Below, one piece after another: positions 39,512-51,539 of a DNA stretch of 64,000 bases. This DNA comes from Narcine bancroftii (taxonomy: Eukaryota): contig NC_091473.1 of NCBI RefSeq assembly GCF_036971445.1, forward strand, positions 28,520,001 through 28,584,000. The letters run 5' to 3'. How positions within the stretch are numbered: the stretch's first letter is position 1; each line of letters starts with the position of its first letter. The translations under genes and the position numbers were made by a program. The notes under the pieces were generated by a model that was given only the letters and a program-made list of their open reading frames with translations, was not told the origin of the DNA and made no database searches.

Positions 39512-39754
39512 CAGGGCTGCCATATGATATTAAAAATTATTTACGGCTGCCATAAAATTGGTACTGTAAAGTTTGATACGCCAAATCAAAATAAAAGAAA
39601 TATAGAGATCCATCTCCACTTGTAAAGAAAAAAAAAATTTTCCCATCCCCCCACCAAGAAAAAAAAAAGTTGATGTCAACCTCAAATAGGAGGGAGCCCC
39701 AGTCAGAAAAATATTGTATGTTTCAATTGTTACATCACAGAAATTAACAATCAT

Positions 39755-40260
39755 TGTCCTTGTCTGTCCATGGTCTCATGCACTGCCAGAGTGAGCACTC
39801 ACAAATTGGATGAACAACACCTCATCTTCTCTCAGGGCACCCTCCAACCTGATGGCATAAACAAAAACTTTTTTTGCTTTCCGGTAATCTTACCCACCAC
39901 TCCCCTTTCACTCCCCCCCTCCCCACCCCCGTGTCTCCTTTCCTCTAGTTCTGACTCTCTCCCTCTTCCATTTTCCCTGTGTCTCCTTTCACAGAGCCAA
40001 AATTAATTCTCACATTTCCTCTTATCATATCCGTTTAACACTTTTTGTCTGATGGCCTGGACTCCACCCCCTCCCAATCTTCCCCCTTTCTCTCTCCAGT
40101 CTTTAATTCAGACACCTCCCTGCTTTTTGCTAATACCTTGAAGAATAGCTCAGGCCCAAAACGTTGGTCATATATCTTTACTTCCTATGGATGCTGCGAG
40201 ACCGACTGAGTTCCTCCAGTTTTTACTACAATCACAACATATGCACACTTTCGTGTTTCA
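39755..40260 (+). mobile_element. Penelope-like 3' fragment
   Basis: KLDEQHLIFSQGTLQPDGIN; same tail as 35740-36078. Confidence 0.75.
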
Positions 40261-40672
40261 CTCCTTTGTATTTCCACAGCATTCTCTTGTACAAGTTCAC
40301 TATAAATGGCTGCTTTTCACATACATTGAGTACATACATGACAACACATATGACCCTAAGATTCTTTTGTTTCTGGTGTTCCAACATCTGCCTTTGATAT
40401 TGTGGTGATATGTTTCCTCCCTTGTGTATAGTTATTGTTGGCTACTGTATATATGGAGCTGACCCGCCCACTGATGACTCATACCCTATGACTCCTCCCT
40501 TGTGGTCTTGGGCCATAAAGGTTGAACCACCTCTCGCTTCCCTCCATTCCTATACCTGGATCCGGGCCACCAAGGTTTTGTATATTAAAGCTTATCGTTC
40601 CCTCAACCTAGTCTTGGTGGTTACTGATAGTGCTCTACAATTTAATATACAGAAATTTTTTTTCCTCCGGTA

Positions 40673-41431
40673 ATGGAGAGGCTGCTGCGCCCCGATCGGT
40701 TAGAAGTGGACCCCCCAATCTCCAAGAGCGTCTGAACAGTAAGAGTAGTGGATCAGCTGCTTCTGCAATTTCCTCGAGGCCGCTGCCGAACTGATTGACT
40801 TTGATGAAAAGAAGCTCAAAGTTCTGCAAGCAAGAGTCAGCCAGAGGGCTTTCCAAACCATCAGGAGCAGTGCTATTTACATCGGGCCCTCTACAAACCA
40901 AGGGTCAACAACGTGTACTCACGTTACCTCCTGGCGTCCAGAAAACAGCAGCCTGCTGAGTCGGCAGAAGAATTAATTTGTGCCCTGCTTGTACTGGGGA
41001 GAGACTGTAGGGATAGTTCCACGGCTCCCGTACTGGTGGCCCAGTGCGTCGAAAACCTGGCCTGGGATGCCTGTGTGTCAGGGTTGAGATCTGACTACAT
41101 AAGGCAGTGCCTACTCAAGGAAGACCAGTTGCCACTGAAGTGAGCCATACTGCTGGTAAGGACTCTAGACTCAGCCCAGCATCATGCAGAATTGATCGCG
41201 AGCAAAAGCAGGCCCTCCATGTGTGCGCCAAAAATGCCCCCATCTTGGGAGATGGCCTCGGGGACGGCCGACCCAACCACAGCAGCGGTTGCGATTGAAT
41301 TTCAGAAGTACTACTTCTGCGGGCAGACGAAACACCAGCGACAACTCTGCCTTGCGAGGCATGTTAGTGGCTCCAGCTGCGGAAAAAAGGGACATTATCT
41401 GCAGGTATGTAAGGCCAGAGCCTCCCCATGA
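40673..41431 (+). pseudogene. Decayed gag with tandem Cys/His knuckles
   Basis: Starts MERLLRPDRLEVDP; GLRSDYIRQCLL; YFCGQTKHQRQLC...SCGKKGHYLQVCK; frameshifts and stops. Confidence 0.85.
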
Positions 41432-41679
41432 AGCAGCGCGGCATGTGCAACCGACAAGTCCACACTTCCAGAGCCGACTGTGTGCACGGTGAGAGGAGCA
41501 CCATCTTACCTGCTGCCACCCTCGTCCTCTACATGGACTGCGCAGTCGCAGCCCGCTTTGCTGATGTCACTTCCGCCTTCTTCCTCGACCTTTTCAACCA
41601 TGATCGCGTGGTCAACATGGATGCTGCCATCTTGTGTATTGGGCCTCCCAGTTAATGACGAAGACGACGATCCGATCCT

Positions 41680-42070
41680 GGCATCAATTAAACTGAACCA
41701 GGCCAGCCCTCATTCAATTGCCCACTCCATGATGCAGATCAAGGTGCATGGACAGAGGATGAACTGTCTCTTCGATAGTGACAGTACGGAGAGCTTCATC
41801 CATCCTGAGGTGGTCTGCAGACTCTCGCTCCCAGTCTGACCAATGAGCAGCTCCATCTTGTTGGCAGCAAAAGAGCATAAAGTGGACATTAGTGGGTACT
41901 GTGTGGTGTCTTTGATGGTAGGAGAGGAATGCTACAATAATTTCTCCTTACTGGTCATGCCCCAGCTCTGCGCGCCGATCCTCATAGGCCTTGACTTCCA
42001 GAGCCAGTTTAGGAGTGTGACAATGGTGTTCAGAGGCTCTCAACCGGCCCTCATGGTAAACAACGCACAA
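41680..42070 (+). pseudogene. Decayed retropepsin-type aspartic protease
   Basis: CLFDSDSTESFI (degenerate DSG active site) and LCAPILIGLDFQ; in-frame stop at ~41837. Confidence 0.85.
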
Positions 42071-42094
42071 CTCACGGACCTTGACACCCCCACC

Positions 42095-42455
42095 AAGCGG
42101 CGGCGGCGGAAATGGACATCGGACCCCCCGGCGGCAACAGCGGATCTCAGCCCCCTCCCTGGCAGTGGCAACAACGGACATCACCCCCCCTCCCCCTAGC
42201 AGCGGCAGCGGGCTTTGATCCCCCCTGGCTGCAGCATCAAATCTCGACCATTCCCAGCAGCGGCAGCAATGGACATTGGAAGCACTGGCGGTAGCAGATT
42301 TCGGACCCCCCTGGCGGTGGCACAATGGACATTGGGCCCCCTGGCAGTGGCAGCAGACCTCGGTCCACCACCTCCCCCTGGTTGCGACGGTGGCAGCGGA
42401 TGTCGGCCCTCCGGCACTCTGGTGGCTGTAGCGGTGGACCTTGTCCCCCTGCCGG
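42095..42455 (+). repeat. Degenerate ~30-bp GC-rich minisatellite (GGCRGYGGCAGCGGAYNTCGGNCCCCCC-like), about 11-12 copies
   Basis: Recurring GGCGGC/GGCAGTGGC ... GGACAT/GGACCT ... CCCCC units between protease and DEAF1 segment. Confidence 0.85.
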
Positions 42456-42459
42456 CAAG

Positions 42460-43340
42460 AGCGGAGCCTCGGTGACGAGAGGTTGGTGATGGGGAACAAG
42501 CAGATCGACATGGCCGAACAGTTGTCGAGCGCGGACGAAAGTGGCTCCGCAGGCATGACAGCTGTAACTGAGAGAGGTATGACTGGTGCTACTGATAATG
42601 TTTGTGCAACATCTGTTGCAAATGCTTCCAAATCAGAGCAGGTACAGTCGGGAAAAACCACACTGCGGAATGGAGGAGGTCTCCCCGCAGACAAAGCCAC
42701 ACTGATTATGGCCAAAACAGAGGACAGCATGGTGGAAACAATAGGATTGAAAATGCCCAGTGTACCGATAACTCAAGACCTACGGGCAGTATCAACTCCT
42801 CTGAGACCAGGCCCTGCCAAGGATGGAACCCAGTACAACTGGGATCCATCTGTGTATGGGAACGAGCCCCCAGTCCTTTGCCAAAATGCGAGTGGTATTT
42901 TGCTCAAATACAGTTTGGGTTCTGGAAACAGAGGGCCTTGCATAAAACAGGGAGAGAGCTGGTATACTCCCACCGAGTTGAAGGGATGGCAGGTTGTGCA
43001 AGTAGAAAAGGCTGCAAAAGAAGCATTCGCTATGCTGGCCACCCCTTTCAGGGTCTGATACAAGATGGCATTCTAGAATCCGCAGGCAGCGTCCTGCACC
43101 TGTACTGCCTGCTGTGAAGGCATGTCCCTGACTGAACCAGTCAGACTCTTTGTTCCAAACAAAAGACACAATCATTGAATCATGTACTGTTCCAGAGAAT
43201 AAGGTGTCTCTGAAGAATATCACTCTACGACCTATTGCAAGTGCACCTGTCTTTAACATGACTCCAGGCTGGTAGATCACCCCTCTGAGATACTGGCCTT
43301 CCAGCGAACGCGTACATTAAATGCCGTAGTCATTTTTCCA
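42460..43340 (+). pseudogene. DEAF1: Processed (intronless) DEAF1 fragment including the SAND domain
   Basis: Across frames: [140 protein letters not shown]; collinear with vertebrate DEAF1; frameshifts and stops. Confidence 0.93.
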
Positions 43341-44224
43341 GTTTCAGAGGCTTTCACTAATACCACAGGGGTTGGTACTCACCAGGCTCAGCCGTTTGGG
43401 ACTGGTGGTGGTCAAAGAGGTATGTGTCATTCATGCCGGAGAGCTCAGAACTATCCCATACACTCCTGATCACCCTTCGTTTTCACATCACTCCAACACA
43501 AACAGCACCCTCTCCAAGTAGTCAATTGGTGGCCCCTTATCTAGACTACCAGCCAGCAGAACAGCAGGCCACCTCTATCCCTGCTCCCTGCAGGTCCCGT
43601 AGACAGAGGAGATCACCAGTGCGCCAGATTCGGTTGCCTTGGCAGTTTTTTTTTGTTTGTTTAAATGTTCGAAGACTAAGGGGGGGGGGAGTTCTGTTTT
43701 AAAAGGAGGGGTGAATGTGTCGTGATATGTTTCCTCCATTGTATATAGTTATTGTTGGCTACTGTATATATGGAGCTGGCCCGCCCACTGATGACTCATA
43801 CCCTTTGACTTCTCCCCTGTGGTCTTGGGCCATAAAGGTCAAGCCACCTCTCCTTTCCCTCCATTCCTATACCTGGATCCGGGCCAGCAGGGTTCTTCTG
43901 TATATTAAAGCCTATCATTCCCTCAGCCTAGTCTTGGTGGTTACTGATAGTGCCTTACAGATATCAAGCAAAGTTAATTTGATAATGAACAGAATGGAAA
44001 TATTTTCAAGGCACTGGAGAAAGAAAAAAAAATGGATTTTCAAAACATTACCTCAATTCACCACAGAAATATCAAAGATGTGCAAAGATCAGCAAGTGAT
44101 GTGTTCTTTTCAAAACCCATAAGTGCAAAATGTAGTTTATTCAATATTTTCCTGTTATTCTTATTTTTACTTGAATATCCCCTGCAGCTCATTGATACCA
44201 CATGAAATGTTCACAAGAATGTTA

Positions 44225-44620
44225 TTGAATCAAGAGGCTGAAGCTATATTCTCTGGAGTGTAAGAGACTGAGGAGTGATCTTATGGATGTTATAAAATCA
44301 TGAGAGTGAAAGGATAAGGGTTAGAGTTAAGGTGAAAGGAGACAATTTTTTTTTCTCAGAGTAGGGGACCTAAAACTAGAGGGCACATGTTTAAGATTAG
44401 AAGGGAACATTTAAAGTGCTACATTTTCACACAGAGGGTTGTAGGTATGTGGAATAAGCTCCCAGAGAAAGTGACAGGTGCAATTCCAATATTTAAGACA
44501 TTTACAAAGGTACATGGATAGGGAAGATTTGGAGACAAATAAGACAAACTTAGTTGGATAAATTGGCCAACATGGAGTTGGATGAAGGGTCCATTTTTAT
44601 GCTGTTTAATTATGACTACT
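44225..44620 (+). mobile_element. CR1 LINE 3' fragment
   Basis: RLRSDL, TRGHMFK, FTQRVVGMWNKLP motifs. Confidence 0.75.
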
Positions 44621-45899
44621 TCCATTCAATACCCTTTCAAATCTCTTTCACCCAGAAAATCAATGTCCAAGGATCAGCAGCGCAGGTCACCAGAGATGGC
44701 CAAGGTCAATTTTAAAAGTTATTGAAAATTCTTAGGGATATATCAGTAGGTGGTCTTATAGAGGACATTGCAACTGTAGTGAATTTAAAGGAATCCATAC
44801 GCTTATTAAGGAAGTGAGAACAAGGGATAAAGCTTAGAATGGCTTTGTGAAAGCTAAAAGAGAGGGTTATTTACTCCCTAAAAAAAGTCTTTTCTTATGT
44901 TTCTAGCATTTCTGTTTTTATTTTAAATAACATAAGCAAGTATTACTGAAAGCAAATCAATTTGTCAAGTTCTCCCATCTTTCTCTTCTGTCAAGGATTG
45001 TTCAACTTGCAGCTTTTTGCAAACAGCTGCTGTTCTGTTCTCCGGGCAGTGACCGTTCCATGACAGCCGCCTGCAGCTGTGGACATGTATCCCAATCACA
45101 GCGCCAGAGCACAGTATGCCCTGGTTAATTTCTACTCGTTTGCCCCCACCTCCTCCCCTCCCTTCCCTCCTCATATCCACCCCTCTCTGCTCATTCCTGC
45201 TACATGCTATCTGCAAAATTCCAAAATATGACCAGTCAGCCAGAATGGATCATGAACATTTGTCAGAAAGTACCTGTATGTGCACACTTGTGTGTTCTGG
45301 GGCGAGGCTTAGATAATCTTTTTTTAAGGAACCACCATCTCCTTCATCAAACAGGATCTGCCACCACCTGGCCCCAATGCTCCTGAGGACATTCTGTGCA
45401 GAACACTGGCCAATTGAATTGTGGTCTAGATTTTTTTTCTCTCTGTACACTCTTGTCTGCTAAGGCAAGTGATAGGTACCTTATGGCCCACCTGAACAGA
45501 ACATGGCATTGTGGCCGATAAACAATAAAATCTGCAGATGCTGGGGTCAAATGCACTTCACGAAGTACTCGAGAAACTCAGCATGTTGCATCGCATCCAA
45601 TAGGAAGTAAAATTCCATCTACGTTTCAGGCCTTGAGCCCTTCTTCTGGGGTGTTCAGACTCAAAACGCCCAGTCTTTTTTACTTCCATGGATGTTGTGC
45701 GACCTGCTGAGAACCTGAACTGTCACAGATTTCACACACTTAAGAGCGGGAGGCCAGGACTGAATCTGGGTCTCTCGAGCTGTGACATCGATGTTATTTT
45801 ATTTTACTTTTGTACTCTGATAATTCGTTGCAATTGTGAGATAATTAAGTAGCACTTAAATACAATACTGAGAGACCTATGGAGATTCAATCCACTAAC

Positions 45900-46820
45900 T
45901 CTTCTCAACACCTTGTTGTCCTTCCGAATCCCTTGCACGCTCCTTCAGATTCAGCGAAGCCTTGGTTAAGAGATGTTCGGCGACCGACAACCGTCAGGAC
46001 GTCGCTTTCAGCACCTTCAAAAGGGAAGGAGAGAAAACCTCGGGGCTCTCGGTCGCCTTTCTCCAGACATTGCGGTGACCGCGTTCGAGCACTGTGACAC
46101 TGAAAGAACCCGCGCGAGGTGCCCAGGGGAAGGCCAACGCCGAGGGGGCGGAACGTTCGGCGGAACGGCGAGGGGGCGGAACGTTCGGCGGAACGGCGAG
46201 GGGGCGGAACGTTCGGCGGAAGGACAAAGGGAAGTGGAATTGCAGGAGGGAACTTTCGGACGGACCACACTGAAGCTGACGGACAGATTGCCGGTTGGTT
46301 CTTTACACGCGGTGACCCTTCTGGCCTGGGTGAACGATCACGTTGATAGAAACTACGACTTCTAAAGGGCGAGTAATGTAGTAAACGGGTTATGTGAGAA
46401 GAGTGTTTTTTTTTTTAACCAACTGCTGGTTTCACTGCGGAAAGGGCATAAAGTGGCAGTATTCACGCGCTTTAAGCTTAAAAGACGCCCGAAAGCACAA
46501 CGCTGCGAATGCTGGAAATTGGAAATGACTTGTGGGATGAAACCCCACCATACGAGGCAGTATCTGTGAGGGCCAAGCAGAGATAATCAGCTTTATTTGG
46601 ATGCTGTTACCACACACACACACAAAAAAAGCCAGACTTCATTAACTTCGGTGTCTCTTGGACGAGCAGAGGCAAGAGTAACTTGTAAGTGTAACTTGTG
46701 ACCGTTTCCTCTGGGTCTCATTTCAAGAGGAAGCACGTGGCTGTTTCCGTGGTGATTTATGACACCGCCGCAAGTGAAATTGAATACTGGCTGTCGCGAA
46801 TCAAGTGGTACCGACAGATG
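45900..46820. promoter_or_regulatory. CpG island / probable promoter with no identified coding exon
   Basis: High CpG density, tandem GC boxes, E-box CACGTG (~46735). Confidence 0.6.
46141..46221. repeat. 28-bp tandem repeat x3 (CGAGGGGGCGGAACGTTCGGCGGAACGG)
   Basis: Units start at 46141, 46169 and 46197. Confidence 0.95.
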
Positions 46821-47223
46821 GATGACATTGTGTCATGTGCATCGTCTTGAGAAAAAAGTTAAGGGGAAATAACAGGACCAAAATTGGGAGTAAATATTCA
46901 TAATGATTAAGAAAAAATGCTCATCTTGTATCAAATGTGACTTCTCCTTTAATAATACCCCCAATCTATATCTTGGCGATTTGCTCTTCATATTGCGATT
47001 CATTGAATCATGATTAACAAACATCAATTCCATCGTTTTGTTTTTGCATCTTAAACTTTTAGTTTTGCAATGATGTGAACTTGTGTGGTTGGATAATTGC
47101 TTAAATTAAACTGGCAGAAGATGAAATGGGCATGGAGCAATGGAAGTGATGATTAAGATGAACAAACAATGCACCTGGGAAGTAGTACATACAGCATTAG
47201 GTGTGGATTGATTAAGAGCGTAT

Positions 47224-47591
47224 AGCCCCTTTTCCACTGGCATCCTTTCTCAGGAATTTACTGGGACTTGGTCCAGTGGAAATGGAACATTGTCCGAACA
47301 CCAGCATCAAATGACATCATTTGCCACTGGGGATTAACCACTTCGACCCCTACTCATATCCCCGGTGTTTGCTGACGCCCGCATACTGATAAAACCAATG
47401 GAAAAGGGACAGCAGAAAGTCACCCATTTCCAGTTGAAGGTAGAATCCTCTGATCCCCAGGGATGAGTGTGTTCTGTGGAAAAGCAATTGGTGTCCCAGT
47501 TAAAGGTAAGCCCAGTGGAAACTGCACAAAGGGCTTCCTATCCTGGGACACTGCTCAGCCAATAAACTGGGATGCCAGTGGAAAAAGGGCT
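47224..47591. mobile_element. PIF/Harbinger-like MITE
   Basis: TIR AGCCCCTTTTCCACTGGCATCC / GGATGCCAGTGGAAAAAGGGCT; 3-bp TSD TAT; internal CCAGTGGAAA copies. Confidence 0.85.
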
Positions 47592-47661
47592 TATGAGGAA
47601 GGTAAGATTGGTTAAGAATGCTTGTGTTCTAAATTGAAAAACATTGGTAAATTGTAGACAA

Positions 47662-48195
47662 AGTTCAAAGTTCAGATTTATTGTCAAAGTATATGCATGA
47701 CTTCACACAACCCTGAGATTCTTTTTCCTGTGAGTCTAATTATCGGTAGAGCAATAAATTATACTCAAGAAAAGATACATATACAAAAGAGAGAAATGTA
47801 AACAAAAACTGTAAACCAGCTGACTGTCCAATACAGAAAATATTCAGCAATAATTAATGTCTGAAGTATGAGTCTTTGAATCTCTGAATGAGTCTTTTGT
47901 TTAGGAGTCTGATGGTTGAGGGCTAGCAAGTTTTCCTGAACCTGGTGATATGAGACGTGGCATCTAAACCTCTTTCCTGATGGCAGCAGTGAGAACAATG
48001 TATGTCCTGGGTGTTGTGGATCCTTGATGATTGCTGCTTCTCTCTGACATCAGTGTTCCATGTAGATTCTCTCAATGGTGGAGAGTTTTTGCCTGCTATA
48101 TACTGGGCTGTGTCCAAGCTTTCTGCTTGGAAGTATTAATGCCCCCATACCAGGCTGTGATGTAGCTCATCTGCCCACTTTCTATGACACACTTA
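47662..48195 (-). mobile_element. Rex1-like LINE 3' fragment
   Basis: FSLLPSGKRFR and DTAQYIAG on the minus strand; same 3'UTR family. Confidence 0.8.
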
Positions 48196-50785
48196 GAAGT
48201 CTGGGCAACATCCTGGTAAATCTTCTTTGAACTTTCTATCTTATTGATATCTTTCTTGCAGTTAGGTGACCAAAGCTGCATCCAATACTTCAAATTTGCC
48301 CTCAACAATGTCTTGTCCAACTTTTCCATAACATCCCAACTTCAATACTCAATATTTTGATTTATGAAGGCCAATGTGCCAAAAATTCTCTTTATGACCC
48401 TATCTACCTGTGAAGCCACTTTCAGGGAATTGTGTATCTGTATCCCCAGATCCCTCTGTTCGACCGCACTCCTCAGTGCTCTATCATTTACTGTGTATAT
48501 CCTTTCCTGGTTTGTCCTTCCAAAATGCAACATCTCACACTTGTCTGCATTGAATTCTATCTGTCACTTTTCAGCCCATTTTTTCCCAGCTAGTTCAGAT
48601 CCCTCTGCAAGCTTTAAAAACTGTCCTTGCTGCCCACAACGCATCAATCTTTGTGTTATCTGCAAACTTGCTGATCCAATTTACCATATTATCATCAAAA
48701 TCATTGATGTAGATGACAAGCAATAGAGGTCCCAGCACCAATCCCTGAGGCACGCCACTAGTCACAGGTCTCCAGTCTGAAAAACAAACATCCACCAACA
48801 CACTCTGAATTCTGCTGCATAGACAATGTTGAATCCAGTTTACTCCATCACCATGAATGCAAAGCATCTGAATCTTTCTGACTAGCTTCCCATGTGGGAC
48901 CTTGTCAAAGGCCTTGCCAAAGTCCACATAGACAACATTCACAGCCTTCATCAACATTCCTGGTAACCTCAAAAAACTCATCAGATTGGTTAAACACGAC
49001 CTACCACACACAATGCCATGTTGACCAGCACTAATCTGCTCTTGACTATCCAAATACTTGTATATCTGATCTGATAGAATGCTTTCCAATAATATTACCT
49101 ACTACTGACATCAAGCTCACCAGCCTATCATTTCCAGGGTTACTTCTTGAGTCCTTATTAAACAATGGAACAACATGAGCTACCCACAATCCTCTACCAC
49201 CTCACCTGTGGCTAAGACATTTTAAATATTTCTACCAGAGCCCCTGCAATTTCTACAATCATCTCCCTGAAGGTCTGAGGGAATAGCTTGTCAGGGCCTA
49301 TGATTTATCCACCCTTATTTGCTTTAAGATAGCAAGCACCCCCTCCTCTTTTATCTGTATCAGTTCCATGACCTCACTGCTTGCTTCTGAGCCCTCACCT
49401 ATCTCTTGGCTCCATACACAGCTGATCATTTTGTTCCTTGCTATCCTTTTGGTCTTAATACACCTGTAGAAACCCTTAGGATTTTCCTGCATATTCTCTA
49501 CCAAAGCAAACTTGTGTCTTTTAGCCTTCCTAATTTGTTTCTTGAAGGTTTTCTTGCACTTTTTTTTACACTTCTCAAGAACCTTATTTGCTCCATGTTG
49601 CTTATATCTATTACATACCTTTCGAACCAGATCCACAGTGTCCCTCGAAAACCAAGGTTCCCTATGCCTGTTAACTTTGCTTTTAATCTTGACATCTGCA
49701 CACTCAAAATTTCACCTTTGAAGGTGATATGCCTTGCATATCCTTGCCAGAAAACAACTTATCCCAGTCAATGCATTCAAGGTCTTTTCTCATTTCCTCG
49801 ATATTGGCCTTTCTCCATTTTAGAATCTTAACCTGAGGTGCAGACCTATCCTTCATAATTAACTTGAAATTAATGGTATTATGATCACTGGACCAAAAAT
49901 GTTCCCCTGCACATACCTCCGTCACCTGTCCTGTCTCATTCCCTAGTATTGCACTCTCTCTAGTTGGTACCTATCTATATTGATTTAGAAAACTTTCCTG
50001 AATATATTTGATAAACTCCAATCCATCCAGCCCTTTTACAGTGTGGGAATCCCAGTCAACATGGGGAAGGTTAAAATCTACTATCATAACTTTGTTTCCT
50101 GCAGCTGTCTGCTGTCTCTCTACAGATTTGCTCCTTCAATTCTCGCTTATTATTGGGTGGTCGTTAATACAGCCCCTTGAGTGTGGTCATACCTTTCCTG
50201 TTCTTCAGCAGACAAACCCTCTGGTCTGACCTGCCTGAGCATAGCTGTGTTACTGTGATATTTTCCCTGATGAGTAATGGCACTCCTCCATCTTCATTCC
50301 CCCTGCTCTATTGCATCTGAAACAATGCAAGTCTGGAACATTGACTTGTAACCAAGTTTCACTAATAGCCACAATGTCATAATTTCACGTGCCAATTCTC
50401 GCTCTAAGCCCGTTTGCCTTTCCTACAATACTTTTTGCATTGAAATAGATGCACCTGAGAACATTTCCACCACGTACAACCCTTTGACCTCAAGCATTAC
50501 ATGCAATTTTCCCTCCTCTACTCCCCTATCTACTCTGGCACTGTTGTTCCCATCCCGCTGCAATTCTCATTTAAACCCCCCGAAGCAGCACTAGCAAACC
50601 TATCTGCAAGGATATTAGGCCCCCTCCAGTTCAGATGCAAACTTTACTGTCGGAACAGGTCCCACCTTCCTTGGAAGGGAGCCCAATGATCCAGAAACCT
50701 GAAGCCCTCCCTCCTGCATCATGTGTTTAGCCACATTAAGCTGCATTATCTTCATATTTCTAACCTCACTAGTATGTGGCACTAA
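48196..50785 (-). mobile_element. Long decayed CR1 LINE (ORF1 end, endonuclease, RT)
   Basis: SSDHNTI, YVDFGKAFDKVPH, SGVPQGLVLGP, ISKFADNTK, LHFGRTN. Confidence 0.88.
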
Positions 50786-51539
50786 GGCTGTAAATGAATA
50801 GATAATAGGTAACGTCTTCATGTAAAATAATTTGAAAATAATGATCTTGGATAAAAATGTTCATTTTATCATTCTATATTACTTAATTTTGATTTTTTTT
50901 TTAACAAATAAAATATCTATTGCAAAACAATGCTGAGCCATTGGAATCTAGGTGGAATTTGGTAAAGGTGGAGGAAGAAAGCTATTATGCACCATGTTCT
51001 TGACCAGCCATTCTTAACAGCAGCCACAAAGCCCTCCTGGAGGCCACAGCTCATTTAAGGGAGGGGGCAAGAACTAAAATCATTTTTTTCTCTCATTGTT
51101 AGGAGAGAAGTAGAAAAGAAACCAACTAAACATGACTGCTTCACAGGGAAGGGGCCTAAAAACTTTGAGGAAAGTCCAAGGCTGGGTGGGGGCGGGGGAG
51201 AATAGCCAAAAAAATGTTTGTGAATGGACTACATTTTCCAAAATAACATAAAGGTATTCTCAATTTCCCCACTAATTTTCTCTGTAATCTATCTCTCCAT
51301 AAGCCATCAACTCCCCTGAGATTCTTTCATTCGCATACATACCAAGGCAAGATACAGTGGCCTGTGAATTTTTAGAGATTAGCTATACGAGTTGTGCTCT
51401 TCTGAAGAAATGAGAGACTTGTCCAGAATTTGAACCCAGGATGTCTTGTAGATGATAACCTGAGCAAAAATTATCCTCCTTGGACCTACACAGCTGGTCT
51501 TCTGCCAGTGAGATTTTCCCTTTGTCTTCAGTCAGAAAA

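Larger units (their letters stand above)
40401..43959 (+). mobile_element. Non-autonomous Ty3/Gypsy (possibly Mag-like) LTR retrotransposon carrying a captured DEAF1 cDNA in place of pol
   Basis: Two ~240-bp TG...CA LTRs (40401-40639, ~43718-43959), 5-bp TSD GATAT, PPT AAAAGGAGGGGTGAA at 43701-43715, gag, protease; no RT or integrase motifs seen. Confidence 0.93.

Noticed and set aside
42441-43058. Intact, functional DEAF1 paralogue
   Set aside because: Frameshifts within and after the SAND domain, KDWK changed to KGCK, in-frame stops, no MYND finger, and embedded in an LTR element.
45879-47100. SHQ1 first exon expected from synteny
   Set aside because: No MLTPAFDLSQD- or KPYFLR-like peptide found by eye here or further right; ORFs here arise from GC richness and the 28-bp repeat.
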